This document shows, one piece after another, positions 9,580-18,440 of a stretch of 42,557 nt of DNA. Each line of letters starts with the position of its first letter. The first letter of the stretch is position 1. The stretch is taken from the sequence record DRR378314_2264; one strand, written 5' to 3'. Made by a program: the position numbers and the translations under genes. The notes beneath the pieces are model-generated. The model ran no database searches, was not told the origin of the DNA, and worked only from the letters and a program-made list of their open reading frames with translations.

Positions 9580-10554
9580 ATGAGAACAGTGCTGTCTGAG
9601 GCTCGTGGCATAGGTGGTGCGGTGATCATCATAGCGTTGGTTAGCGGCTGTGCCAGCCATGAAGCTCAACAAAATAGCGCTAATCAGCCTGCTAGTAAGC
9701 CTGCTGAAAGTACGAGCGGTGCGCCCAGCAGTGGAGCAAGTAGTGGTGGTGCATCATCGGGGGAGCGCTATGCAATGACGGGCGACGCCTATCCGTTAGA
9801 GCCGCCGGATGTGAGCAAGGTGCCAAACGCTGAGCCTCGCATAGAGCCGCCATCGCGTTCCGGTAATCGCTCCACTTATGAAGTGTGGGGGGAAACCTAT
9901 CATGTGCTGCCGGATGCGGCGGGCTACGTGAAGCAAGGGACGGCCTCCTGGTATGGTGAAAAATTTCATGGCTATGCCACATCAAACGGTGAGATTTATG
10001 ACATGTATAAAATGTCTGCGGCTCACCGTTCGTTGCCACTGCCAACATTTGCTCGTGTCACCAGTTTAGACAGCGGTCAATCTGTTATCGTGCGCGTCAA
10101 TGATAGAGGGCCTTTTCATAGCGACCGTGAAATAGATCTTTCCTATGCAGCGGCTGCACGGCTAGGCTTTTTAGATAATGGTACTGGCGCCGTCCGGGTT
10201 GAGGCTATCGAGCCTGAGCAATGGCTGGCTCAGCAAGGTAGAAGTAGCCAGCCAGTTGATGAGGTGTCTTCGGCATCTTCTACTGTGAATGAACGGTCTG
10301 TTCGAGATGCTGCTGTTCAGCAGCCAGTGGCAGCAGATGATGCTATTTATCTACAAATTGCGGCATTGGGCAGTGAAGAAGGAGCCCAGCAGCTGCAGCA
10401 ACGTCTGGTCAGTGAACTCCCGCATAACGTACGGGTGATGAGTGATGCTGACGTGCATCGTGTGCAAGTTGGGCCAGTGAGTCCTAAGCAGGAAACCCAA
10501 GCACGTGAAGAACTCCGTCGGGCGGGCTTCCCACAAGCGTTTATCGTGAGATAG
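9580..10554 (+). CDS. rlpA: Septal ring lytic transglycosylase RlpA (lipoprotein, DPBB + SPOR)
   Basis: Lipobox VSGC, GTASWYG, AAHRSLP, RVNDRGPF, IDLSYAAA, C-terminal SPOR domain (YLQIAA...HRVQVGP). Confidence 0.94.
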   Translation: MRTVLSEARGIGGAVIIIALVSGCASHEAQQNSANQPASKPAESTSGAPSSGASSGGASSGERYAMTGDAYPLEPPDVSKVPNAEPRIEPPSRSGNRSTYEVWGETYHVLPDAAGYVKQGTASWYGEKFHGYATSNGEIYDMYKMSAAHRSLPLPTFARVTSLDSGQSVIVRVNDRGPFHSDREIDLSYAAAARLGFLDNGTGAVRVEAIEPEQWLAQQGRSSQPVDEVSSASSTVNERSVRDAAVQQPVAADDAIYLQIAALGSEEGAQQLQQRLVSELPHNVRVMSDADVHRVQVGPVSPKQETQAREELRRAGFPQAFIVR

Positions 10555-10623
10555 TTCTCCCCAATTATTAGCTAAATTAAACGTGCTTCGTTGACGTTTT
10601 TTCTTTGTTGTGAGAAGTAAGAA

Positions 10624-11823
10624 ATGAATGTATTGATGTCTATTCGCCGTACCGCAGGGCTTTGCTTGTTTGCGGTTTTTGCCGTGGTGTCTTCGCCGGT
10701 CATGGCCCAGGTGATACCACAGCCGCAGACGATTATTCCTTCCGCTCCTCAGCTGGCGGCGAGCTCATGGATTCTAATGGATGCCAACAGCGGTCGCATT
10801 CTTGCTGAACATAATTCTGATGAACGCTTACCACCCGCCAGCCTGACTAAACTCATGACCGCCTATCTGGTCGAGCGTGAGTTAGATCGCGGTACAATTA
10901 GCTTGACGGATATGGTCAATATCAGTGAGAAAGCTTGGCGTACCGGCGGTTCCAAGATGTTCATTGAGGTAGGCGATCAAGTCTCAGTCAATGATTTGCT
11001 GCATGGCATCATTATTGTATCGGGTAACGATGCTAGCGTGGCAATGGCAGAGCACCTAGCGGGTGGCGAAGCGCCATTTGCCGATTTGATGAATCAGCAT
11101 GCTACGCGCTTAGGAATGCACAATACTAATTTCCAAAATCCGACAGGTCTTCCTGGCGATAATCACTACTCCACCGCTCACGATATGGCGTTGTTGGCAC
11201 AGCATATTATTAATGATTACCCTGAGCACTTTACTATTTACTCTCAGCGCAACTTCGCGTTTGGTGGCATCGATCAGCCAAACCGTAACCGCTTGCTATG
11301 GCGCGACCCGAGTGTCGATGGTTTGAAAACCGGTTGGACAACTGAGGCGGGCTACTGTCTTGTCTCTTCGGCCGAGCGTGATGGCATGCGGCTAATTTCG
11401 GTCGTGATGGGCACTAATTCAGAAGAGGCAAGAGCGCAGGAAACGCAAAAGCTACTCAGCTACGGCTTCCGCTTCTATGAAACGATGAAGCTCTATGAGC
11501 GTGGTGCAGTGCTTGCAACGCCGCGCGTTTGGGGGGGAGATATCAATGAACTGCGTGTTGGCGTTGACGGTGAAGTATTTATGACGCTTCCGCGCAACCG
11601 TAATGAAGAGTTGCGTGCTCGCTTGAACCTGGATAGCGATCTTCAAGCGCCGATTGCCGTGGGTGATGATGTCGGTACGCTAGAAGTATATTTAGGTGAG
11701 GAAATGGTCGGTGAACGCCAGCTAGTGGCGCTAGAAAATGTTGAAGAGGGTGGCTTGTTCAAGCGCCTATTTGACCAAGTAAGGCGTTTCTTCAGTGGTT
11801 TGATCAGTAACTTCATCGATTAA
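10624..11823 (+). CDS. dacC: D-alanyl-D-alanine carboxypeptidase (PBP5/6 family)
   Basis: PASLTKLMT (SxxK), SGND (SxN), GLKTGWT (KTG). The symbol could equally be dacA. Confidence 0.92.
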   Translation: MNVLMSIRRTAGLCLFAVFAVVSSPVMAQVIPQPQTIIPSAPQLAASSWILMDANSGRILAEHNSDERLPPASLTKLMTAYLVERELDRGTISLTDMVNISEKAWRTGGSKMFIEVGDQVSVNDLLHGIIIVSGNDASVAMAEHLAGGEAPFADLMNQHATRLGMHNTNFQNPTGLPGDNHYSTAHDMALLAQHIINDYPEHFTIYSQRNFAFGGIDQPNRNRLLWRDPSVDGLKTGWTTEAGYCLVSSAERDGMRLISVVMGTNSEEARAQETQKLLSYGFRFYETMKLYERGAVLATPRVWGGDINELRVGVDGEVFMTLPRNRNEELRARLNLDSDLQAPIAVGDDVGTLEVYLGEEMVGERQLVALENVEEGGLFKRLFDQVRRFFSGLISNFID

Positions 11824-11856
11824 TTAGTAATTTCACCGCTTAGTAGCAGCGAGTGG

Positions 11857-11893
11857 GCTTAAGCGCAGAATTTTTAGTCTTTTGCGCTTAAGC
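11857..11893. repeat. Inverted repeat / hairpin between dacC and ybeD
   Basis: GCTTAAGCGCA (11857-11867) and TGCGCTTAAGC (11883-11893) form a perfect 11-bp inverted repeat. Confidence 0.6.
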
Positions 11894-11968
11894 TACTAAT
11901 CTTATAAGGCTGTACTGCACTCGCACCCTGAGCAGAAGTATCTATATATTCCCGTGTAAAGGCGAGCT

Positions 11969-12280
11969 ATGAAAAAAGGCGCGAAAAATGGGCTAAGAGA
12001 TTTACGTCAGCCTGAAGTAAACGAGCCACCTAAAATCACTTTTCCCTGTGATTACTCATTGAAAGTGGTTGGCGATGCCGCTGAGGATTTTCCAGCCTGC
12101 GTGTGCCAAGTGATTGTTAAACATTCCCCAGATTTTGATGAGACGTCACTGCAAGTCGTCGACAGCCGTAACGGCCGTTTTCAATCTGTGCGTGTTACTA
12201 TTGTGGCCACTGGCGAACAGCAATTACGCCAGCTGTTCGATGATCTGAAGGCGACAGGTCGCGTACACATGGTGGTATGA
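11969..12280 (+). CDS. ybeD: YbeD/DUF493 family protein
   Basis: [13 protein letters not shown]...SRNGRFQSV...VHMVV; canonical position between dac and lipB. Confidence 0.9.
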   Translation: MKKGAKNGLRDLRQPEVNEPPKITFPCDYSLKVVGDAAEDFPACVCQVIVKHSPDFDETSLQVVDSRNGRFQSVRVTIVATGEQQLRQLFDDLKATGRVHMVV

Positions 12281-12942
12281 CCTTGGCTAGTCAACCTATT
12301 GAGCTGCATCAGCTTGGTCATCGTGCCTACTTGCCGGTGTGGAGCGCGATGCGCGAACTCACCGACACGCGGGACGAGACAACACCTGATCAATTCTGGC
12401 TAGTTGAGCACGACCCCGTTTTTACTCAAGGTCAGGCGGGTAAGCCAGAGCATGTGTTAATGCCTGGTGATATCCCTGTCGTGAAAACGGATCGTGGGGG
12501 GCAGGTAACCTACCATGGCCCAGGCCAAATTGTCTTATATCCATTGCTGGACGTTCGCCGTGGCAAGATTGGTGTTCGTGAGTTAGTAACTGCGCTAGAA
12601 AATTCAGTGATTGACGTACTTGCTCTCTATGACGTGTCTGCCTGGGCGAAGCCAGATGCACCTGGCGTCTATGTTGATACGCAACAGGGTGAAGCGAAAA
12701 TTGCCTCGCTAGGGTTACGAATTCGGCGGGGCGCAAGCTATCACGGGGTTGCGCTAAACGTAGACGGTGACTTATCCCCCTTCGGGCGCATCAATCCCTG
12801 TGGCTATGCAGGTATGCAGGTAACGCGATTGGCTGATTTAGTGGCGCTGCCTGTCGCTCACCAGGTGGGGAGTCGACTAGCGTCTGCACTAGCCCAGCGG
12901 TTGGATCGTCAGTTGGTGGATGTATCCTTTACCCAATCATGA
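12277..12942 (+). CDS. lipB: Lipoyl(octanoyl) transferase LipB
   Basis: [34 protein letters not shown]. Confidence 0.96.
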   Translation: MTLASQPIELHQLGHRAYLPVWSAMRELTDTRDETTPDQFWLVEHDPVFTQGQAGKPEHVLMPGDIPVVKTDRGGQVTYHGPGQIVLYPLLDVRRGKIGVRELVTALENSVIDVLALYDVSAWAKPDAPGVYVDTQQGEAKIASLGLRIRRGASYHGVALNVDGDLSPFGRINPCGYAGMQVTRLADLVALPVAHQVGSRLASALAQRLDRQLVDVSFTQS

Positions 12943-12945
12943 GCG

Positions 12946-13000
12946 ATCTGCACGCAAGGCACTGTTGGAACTGAGTTAGCTGTGCCAATTGCGTGCAGAT
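12946..13000. terminator. Long hairpin between convergent lipB and lipA (possible terminator or RNA-stabilising stem)
   Basis: ATCTGCACGCAA (12946-12957) / TTGCGTGCAGAT (12989-13000), plus inner GGCAC/GTGCC. No strong U-tract. Confidence 0.5.
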
Positions 13001-13039
13001 AGTTAGTGAGAACAGTTAGTGAGAATAGTAAGTGAAAGG
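13001..13039. repeat. 13-bp tandem repeat, about 3 copies
   Basis: AGTTAGTGAGAAC / AGTTAGTGAGAAT / AGTAAGTGAAAGG. Confidence 0.75.
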
Positions 13040-13056
13040 CAACTAGCCTAGACGGT

Positions 13057-14115
13057 TTATCCGACGTTAAACGCAGGAATGCGGTTAGCGTCAGGCTCAT
13101 GACCAGGAACCGCAGCAGGCGACGCGAGACCAAGATTGTTTTTCTCAAATACACGGTCAGCGCGATAGCTAGAGCGAACCAGCGGCCCGGACGGCACTTC
13201 CATAAAGCCTTTTTCAAGGCCAAGCACGCGATAGCGATCAAACTCTTCTGGGGTGACCCAGCGCTCTACGGCTAGATGGTTTTTGGTTGGGCGCAAATAT
13301 TGTCCGAGCGTCACGATATCAACGCCAATCTCTCTCAGGTCATCAAAGGTTTTAAGAATCTCTTCGTCTGTCTCACCTAATCCAAGCATCAAGCTTGTTT
13401 TGGTAATTATGTCTGGTCGATACTGTTTGGCATGCGCTAAGACATTCAGTGTTTTGCGATAACCTGCACGTGGGTCGCGTACTTTGCTGGTTAGTCGCTC
13501 TACCGTCTCTACGTTCTGTGCAAACACTTCCAAGCCCGAATCAACTACCCGCTCAATGGCGGCTTTATCAGCGTCAAAATCGGGTGTTAGAGCTTCTACA
13601 ACCACTTCCGGCGTGCGGGATTTGATAGCTTTAATGCAGTTGGCATAGTGCGTAGCGCCACCGTCGTCCAGATCGTCTCGGTCAACGGAGGTCAATACGA
13701 TGTAGCGCAGCCCCATCAACTCGACTGATTTTGCCGTGTTTTCCGGCTCATCTAGATCCAGCCAGCCTTTCGGGTTGCCTGTGTCCACGGCACAGAATCG
13801 GCAGGCGCGTGTGCATACAGACCCCATTAACATAATGGTGGCGGTGCCATTGCTCCAGCATTCGCCCATGTTAGGGCAGTGCGACTCTGCACAAACAGTG
13901 CTAAGACGGTGCGTAGAGACATTCTTTTTGACGGCTTCGAAGCGTTCGCCTCCAGGAATCTGTGCGCGCAGCCATTTAGGTTTGCGGTCAAGGCTGGGAG
14001 ACGCTTCGTCCGGCGACGCTTTACGCTGTTTCATGCCGTCTTTAATGACCGACATGCCATGCTCATTGCGGAATTTTTCGCCGCTAGGGACGCGCGTTGT
14101 TGGGTTGTTGCTCAT
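13057..14115 (-). CDS. lipA: Lipoyl synthase (radical SAM)
   Basis: CX4CX5C ([12 protein letters not shown]), CX3CX2C (CTRACRFC), [21 protein letters not shown]. Start set at ATG 14115. Confidence 0.96.
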   Translation of the reverse strand: MSNNPTTRVPSGEKFRNEHGMSVIKDGMKQRKASPDEASPSLDRKPKWLRAQIPGGERFEAVKKNVSTHRLSTVCAESHCPNMGECWSNGTATIMLMGSVCTRACRFCAVDTGNPKGWLDLDEPENTAKSVELMGLRYIVLTSVDRDDLDDGGATHYANCIKAIKSRTPEVVVEALTPDFDADKAAIERVVDSGLEVFAQNVETVERLTSKVRDPRAGYRKTLNVLAHAKQYRPDIITKTSLMLGLGETDEEILKTFDDLREIGVDIVTLGQYLRPTKNHLAVERWVTPEEFDRYRVLGLEKGFMEVPSGPLVRSSYRADRVFEKNNLGLASPAAVPGHEPDANRIPAFNVG

Positions 14116-14363
14116 AGGAAAGAGCCTCTCTACTGTGCGGCAGGCAATGCCCAAACGTCGTGGCGTCTAACCATATGCTGTTGCGATGGCGTTTATATGC
14201 CATGGCGTTGACAGTTGGATCGCCTGCGCGAATACATGCCAAATCCTGAAGATTCTGAATGATACGTAGGTAGTAGACTAATGTAACATATCTGTTGGTT
14301 AACAAGACACTAAGCCTCCTTCATCGAACCGCTAAACAGGCAGCCTAGCTAGCCGATGACCCG

Positions 14364-15350
14364 CTATATTGATAGTAAAGGTAGGCAGGAAACGCCGTGG
14401 CTGGGCAGTGGGCTAGAGGGAGCTTGAAAATGCCGACCAAAATCTGGCAGGTGTTCCCGGGTGAAGCGTAAAAAAAGATCCGCGACTGGTGTCGGAAAAT
14501 GATCGCGACGATACACCGTGCACCACGAGCGTCGAATGGGAAAGTTGGGCAAAGGGAGCGCTGATAGCAGCCCTTGCTCTAGTTCAAGTTGAACCGCCAA
14601 ACGGGGCAAAACGGCAACGCCTAAATGGGCCATAACGCCTTGTTTAATGGCTTCATTAGTGCCTAATTCAATGCGGTGGGGAAGACCGATTTCTTGATCA
14701 ACAGCCAGTTGCTCAAAGGCGATGCGCACCCCGGAGCCTGGCTCACGCATCAATACATAATGGCGCGCAAAGTCGGCTAATGTGGGTGCTTCCATGTGAA
14801 GTAGTGGGTGGTCTGGCCAGACGAGAGCGATGAGTTCATTTTCAAGAATGGGCATGACTACCAGGTCGTCGTCTTCAGGCACCATGGCCATAATCACGAC
14901 ATCATCTTTTTGTTCTGCCAGCCTTTCCAGCGCTTGACTGCGGTTGCATACCTTTAGACGAATGCGTACGTCGGGATAGCGTGCTCGAAACCGTGCTAGT
15001 AAATAAGGCACCACATATTGGGCTGAGGAGACTGCCGCGATGTTCAGCTCACCGCTAATGCTGCCATTAATCTCCGAGAGATTCATTTGCAGTCTAGAGA
15101 GCTGTCCGAAAATTTCGCGTGTGGAGAGCGCTAGGGTATCCGCGGCAGGTAGCACGTGAAGGGTTTTACCGGCATATTTAAACAGCGGCTGACCAAGAGC
15201 GAGTTCTAACTGACGAATTTGTGCGCTAACCGCAGGTTGTGTAAGTCCTAGCTGCTCGGCTGCGCGAGAGTAGGAGCGCTGGCGGTGAACGGCCTGGAAT
15301 ACCTGTAATTGTCGGAAGGTCAAACGGTTGAGTAGTGTAAGGGATGACAT
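14364..15350 (-). CDS. LysR-family transcriptional regulator (PycR/CbbR-like subfamily)
   Basis: HTH LTFRQLQVF...SYSRAAEQLGLTQPAVSAQIRQLE; REPGSG and NEAIKQGVMAHLG are typical of the CbbR/CysL/PycR group. Start at ATG 15350 (GAGG upstream); the ORF-track extension to 15650 is spurious. Confidence 0.9.
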   Translation of the reverse strand: MSSLTLLNRLTFRQLQVFQAVHRQRSYSRAAEQLGLTQPAVSAQIRQLELALGQPLFKYAGKTLHVLPAADTLALSTREIFGQLSRLQMNLSEINGSISGELNIAAVSSAQYVVPYLLARFRARYPDVRIRLKVCNRSQALERLAEQKDDVVIMAMVPEDDDLVVMPILENELIALVWPDHPLLHMEAPTLADFARHYVLMREPGSGVRIAFEQLAVDQEIGLPHRIELGTNEAIKQGVMAHLGVAVLPRLAVQLELEQGLLSALPLPNFPIRRSWCTVYRRDHFPTPVADLFLRFTREHLPDFGRHFQAPSSPLPSHGVSCLPLLSI

Positions 15351-15519
15351 AACAACCTCTAGGTATACACCCTCCGAAGATAGAAAGTGCCACAAAACAA
15401 AAAGTCTCAGCATTACGCTGGAAATGCTACCACTGATGTTGTGCGGCGTCTTTATGACAACAATGGTGAATTTGCAAAGGTAAGCATCGACGTTATGCAG
15501 CGAGTGGCCTAAACTATAT

Positions 15520-15561
15520 TGCATTGCAGCATCAACGCTTCGGGACTGATGCTTTGCATCA
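15520..15561. promoter_or_regulatory. Putative PhaR-type operator sites upstream of the PhaC2-like gene
   Basis: TGCATTGCAGCA (15520-15531) and the perfect palindrome TGATGC-TTT-GCATCA (15547-15561). TGC-N3-GCA cores are characteristic of PhaR boxes described in other proteobacteria. Confidence 0.45.
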
Positions 15562-15578
15562 ACCCAATGGGAGAATTT

Positions 15579-18137
15579 ATGAACTTTCTCGCTCATCCTT
15601 TGTTGCCTGGCAGCGCGCTGAAAAGCCTGTGGCCAGGAGCGTCTGATCAAATGGCTCCATTACCGGTCGGCGAGGCCTTTGCTAGCATGGTAGATCCGTT
15701 CGGATTCGGACGGGCTGCAGCGGGCTATTGGCGCGACAGTATTGAGCGTAGCGTCCTGTATTGGGATGTTATGCGCGAACGCGGAAATCAATATCTTGAG
15801 CATATGGAGCAAACCAAGCCGAACGTGCTTGGATTTGATACAGAGGTGCTCATGGATGGACGCACGCTTCCCCATCCAACCAATTATGAGCTGCTGAGAG
15901 TTCTTCCCCCCAGCCATATTCAGATTGACCCTGAGAAACGACCGTTTGTTGTCGTGGACCCCAGAGCAGGTCATGGCCCTGGTATCGGCGGGTTCAAGCC
16001 TGATAGCGAGCTTGGGGTTGCTCTAAAGGCTGGTCACCCTTGCTATTTTATTGGTTTTTTGCCTTTTCCTGAACCGGGGCAAACCGTTGAGGATGTGGTA
16101 GAAGCGGAAATTGCGTTTTTGCGTCATGTTATCGCTCTACACCCAGAAACAGCTGAAAAACCAATGGTGGTGGGTAACTGTCAGGCGGGTTGGCAAATAA
16201 TGATGGCTGCGGCACTTGAGCCGGATGTGTTCGGTCCGATTCTTATTGCCGGTGCGCCGCTTTCTTACTGGGCTGGGGAACACGGTAAAGCGCCTATGCG
16301 CTATACCGGTGGTATGACCGGTGGAAGCTGGATTACTGCTTTAACGAGTGATATTGGTAACGGTCTGTTTGATGGTGCTTGGCTAGTGCAGAACTTCGAG
16401 CGTCTCAACCCAGCCAATACCTACTGGAAAAAGCAGTACCATCTGTATGACAACATTGATACCGAATCCAAGCGCTATTTAGAGTTCGAGCGCTGGTGGG
16501 GTGGTCACGTTGTTTTAGGTGGCCAAGAGATCCAATATATTGTCGATAACCTATTTGTTGGTAATCGTCTCTCGACGGCTCAGCTAGTGACTCGCGATGG
16601 CCGCCGTATTGATCTTCGCAATGTGCGCTCACCTGTTGTCGTATTCTGCTCGCGTGGTGACGACATAACGCCGCCGCCTCAGGCACTGGGTTGGATTCGT
16701 GATTTATACGAAGGCGAAGAAGATATCATCGCCAACGAGCAGACGATCGTGTACTGCATGCACGACACAACAGGGCACTTAGGGATCTTTGTTTCCGGTA
16801 GTGTGTCGCGCAAAGAGCATGCTGAGTTTACGGCTAACATGGACTATATCGATGTTATGCCGCCCGGACTGTATGAGACAACGGTCTCGCATGCCAGCGA
16901 GCGAGATGATGCGGAGTTGCTTGAGCGTGATTATTTGCTTGAGTTCACATCGCGTAACTTTGAGGAGCTGGATCAGGATGTAATGCATATTCCAGAGGAT
17001 GACCGTCGCTTTGCAACGGTTGCACGTATTTCTGAGATCAATCTTGGTTTCTATCGGTTATACGTTCAACCCTGGGTGCAGGCCATGATGACGCCAGAAG
17101 CGGCACGCTGGATTCGTCGTATGCATCCTATCCGGTTAGGCTACAAGCTTCTATCTGATCGTAATCCGCTGACCGTTCCGCTGCCGGTGATGGCTGAAGC
17201 AGTGCGCAGCAACCGTCAGCAAGTGGGTCAAGATAATGTTTTTAAAGCGTTAGAAACGATGTGCTCCGATCAAATCGTCGCTAATCTCAATGCCGTGCGA
17301 GATTTACGCGATAGCACGACGGAGAGGCTGTTTATGGACATTTACGGACAGCCTCTACTGCAAGCCGCGGTAGGTTTGCATGGCGATGCGCATGTGCATC
17401 GTCGTCGTCCCGGAGCCGAGCCAGAGCATCAGCGTTTTGTTGAAAACCGCAAAAATGAGCTGCGCAATAAAATAGCCCAGGGTGGCGCTCACGAAGCCGT
17501 CATGCGCTCAGTTATCTATGTGTTAGGCGGAGCGCCAGCGACAGATGAGCGCAATTTCAAACGGTTACGTGCTTCCCGTGCTGAACTAGAGCCTAGTTCA
17601 ACGTTGAGTGAATTTAAGCGTTTGGTGCGCGATCAGTTCTTTATCCTGAAATTAGATCGTGAGCGAGCGCTATCGTCATTGCCCGAGCTGTTAAAAGGGC
17701 AAAGCAGCAGTGACATCGACGGTCATATTGAGCACCTTATGCATGTGTTTGCCGCGAGCGGTGAATTATCCGAGCACGCAGCAGAGCGTTTTGAACAGGT
17801 GAAGACGCTATTTGATCAAGCAAGGCCGCCGAAAGCCGCTCAACCAAAAGCTACTCAGCCAAAAGCCGTGAGCGCACCCGCTACTGACACTAAGCAAGCA
17901 GGTGACCAAGGGGCGGCTATTGATACGCAAACCGCTGCAAGCTCTCCAGCTGAAAGCGTGGTGGCAGAAGCTGAAAGCGTGTCGACAGAGACAGTATCGG
18001 CGGAAAAGGAGGCTACCCAACGCGCATCTACCGAAACGGTGCCTGCTACTAATAATGTAGCAGCAGATGCAGCTAAAGAAGCAAGCAAGCCTCAGCCAAG
18101 AGCGGCGTCGCGTAGGAAACCACCGCGCAAGCGCTAA
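15579..18137 (+). CDS. DUF3141 / PhaC2-like Cys-nucleophile alpha/beta-hydrolase (PHA synthase/depolymerase-like) with a low-complexity C-terminal tail
   Basis: DPRAGHGPGIGGFKPDSE, lipase-box-like GNCQAG, SRGDDITPP (Asp), TGHLGIF (His). ATG 15579 follows GGGAG. Confidence 0.8.
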   Translation: MNFLAHPLLPGSALKSLWPGASDQMAPLPVGEAFASMVDPFGFGRAAAGYWRDSIERSVLYWDVMRERGNQYLEHMEQTKPNVLGFDTEVLMDGRTLPHPTNYELLRVLPPSHIQIDPEKRPFVVVDPRAGHGPGIGGFKPDSELGVALKAGHPCYFIGFLPFPEPGQTVEDVVEAEIAFLRHVIALHPETAEKPMVVGNCQAGWQIMMAAALEPDVFGPILIAGAPLSYWAGEHGKAPMRYTGGMTGGSWITALTSDIGNGLFDGAWLVQNFERLNPANTYWKKQYHLYDNIDTESKRYLEFERWWGGHVVLGGQEIQYIVDNLFVGNRLSTAQLVTRDGRRIDLRNVRSPVVVFCSRGDDITPPPQALGWIRDLYEGEEDIIANEQTIVYCMHDTTGHLGIFVSGSVSRKEHAEFTANMDYIDVMPPGLYETTVSHASERDDAELLERDYLLEFTSRNFEELDQDVMHIPEDDRRFATVARISEINLGFYRLYVQPWVQAMMTPEAARWIRRMHPIRLGYKLLSDRNPLTVPLPVMAEAVRSNRQQVGQDNVFKALETMCSDQIVANLNAVRDLRDSTTERLFMDIYGQPLLQAAVGLHGDAHVHRRRPGAEPEHQRFVENRKNELRNKIAQGGAHEAVMRSVIYVLGGAPATDERNFKRLRASRAELEPSSTLSEFKRLVRDQFFILKLDRERALSSLPELLKGQSSSDIDGHIEHLMHVFAASGELSEHAAERFEQVKTLFDQARPPKAAQPKATQPKAVSAPATDTKQAGDQGAAIDTQTAASSPAESVVAEAESVSTETVSAEKEATQRASTETVPATNNVAADAAKEASKPQPRAASRRKPPRKR

Positions 18138-18155
18138 GTGTTGTAGCGTTTGTCT

Positions 18156-18187
18156 ACGCCCCTGTTTTGATACAGGGGCGTTTTTTT
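18156..18187 (+). terminator. Rho-independent terminator
   Basis: ACGCCCCTGT-TTTGAT-ACAGGGGCGT followed by a T-run. Confidence 0.88.
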
Positions 18188-18440
18188 GTTTCCGTATTTT
18201 GGGTTGCCGTCTGCGTATTGGCAGTCTAGTGTCTAGCTACTTCATTATGAAAAATAGTACGGATAGACACCTTGCGCTTCAGCATTAGTTTGTTACTTAT
18301 GCGTCGGTTGTTACTGGCGCTTGTTGCAGGCCTGGGGTAGGGTAGGCGCATTTTTCTCATGGTCGTCAAGTGGTAACAACAGGCGACAACGTATTCAGAG
18401 CATGGGCGATAGCGCCTGAGCATTAGGAAAGTGGAGCACT

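Noticed and set aside
13001-13039. Possible mini-CRISPR
   Set aside because: The units are 13 bp, contiguous and spacer-less, and no cas genes are present.
14154-14209. Imperfect inverted repeat upstream of lipA (AACGTCGTGGCGT ... ATGCCATGGCGTT), possible sRNA or riboswitch
   Set aside because: Pairing relies on several G-U pairs that form only on the plus strand, opposite to the lipA mRNA. No promoter or terminator support.
15351-15650. Apparent 100-aa N-terminal extension of the LysR ORF overlapping the PhaC2-like ORF head-to-head
   Set aside because: The HTH begins right after ATG 15350, which has an RBS. Using 15350 and 15579 removes the overlap.
18188-18440. Small ORFs (18226-18423, 18067-18288) in the gap before topA
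   Set aside because: No RBS or protein-like composition; one crosses a clear terminator. The region is better explained as the topA promoter.
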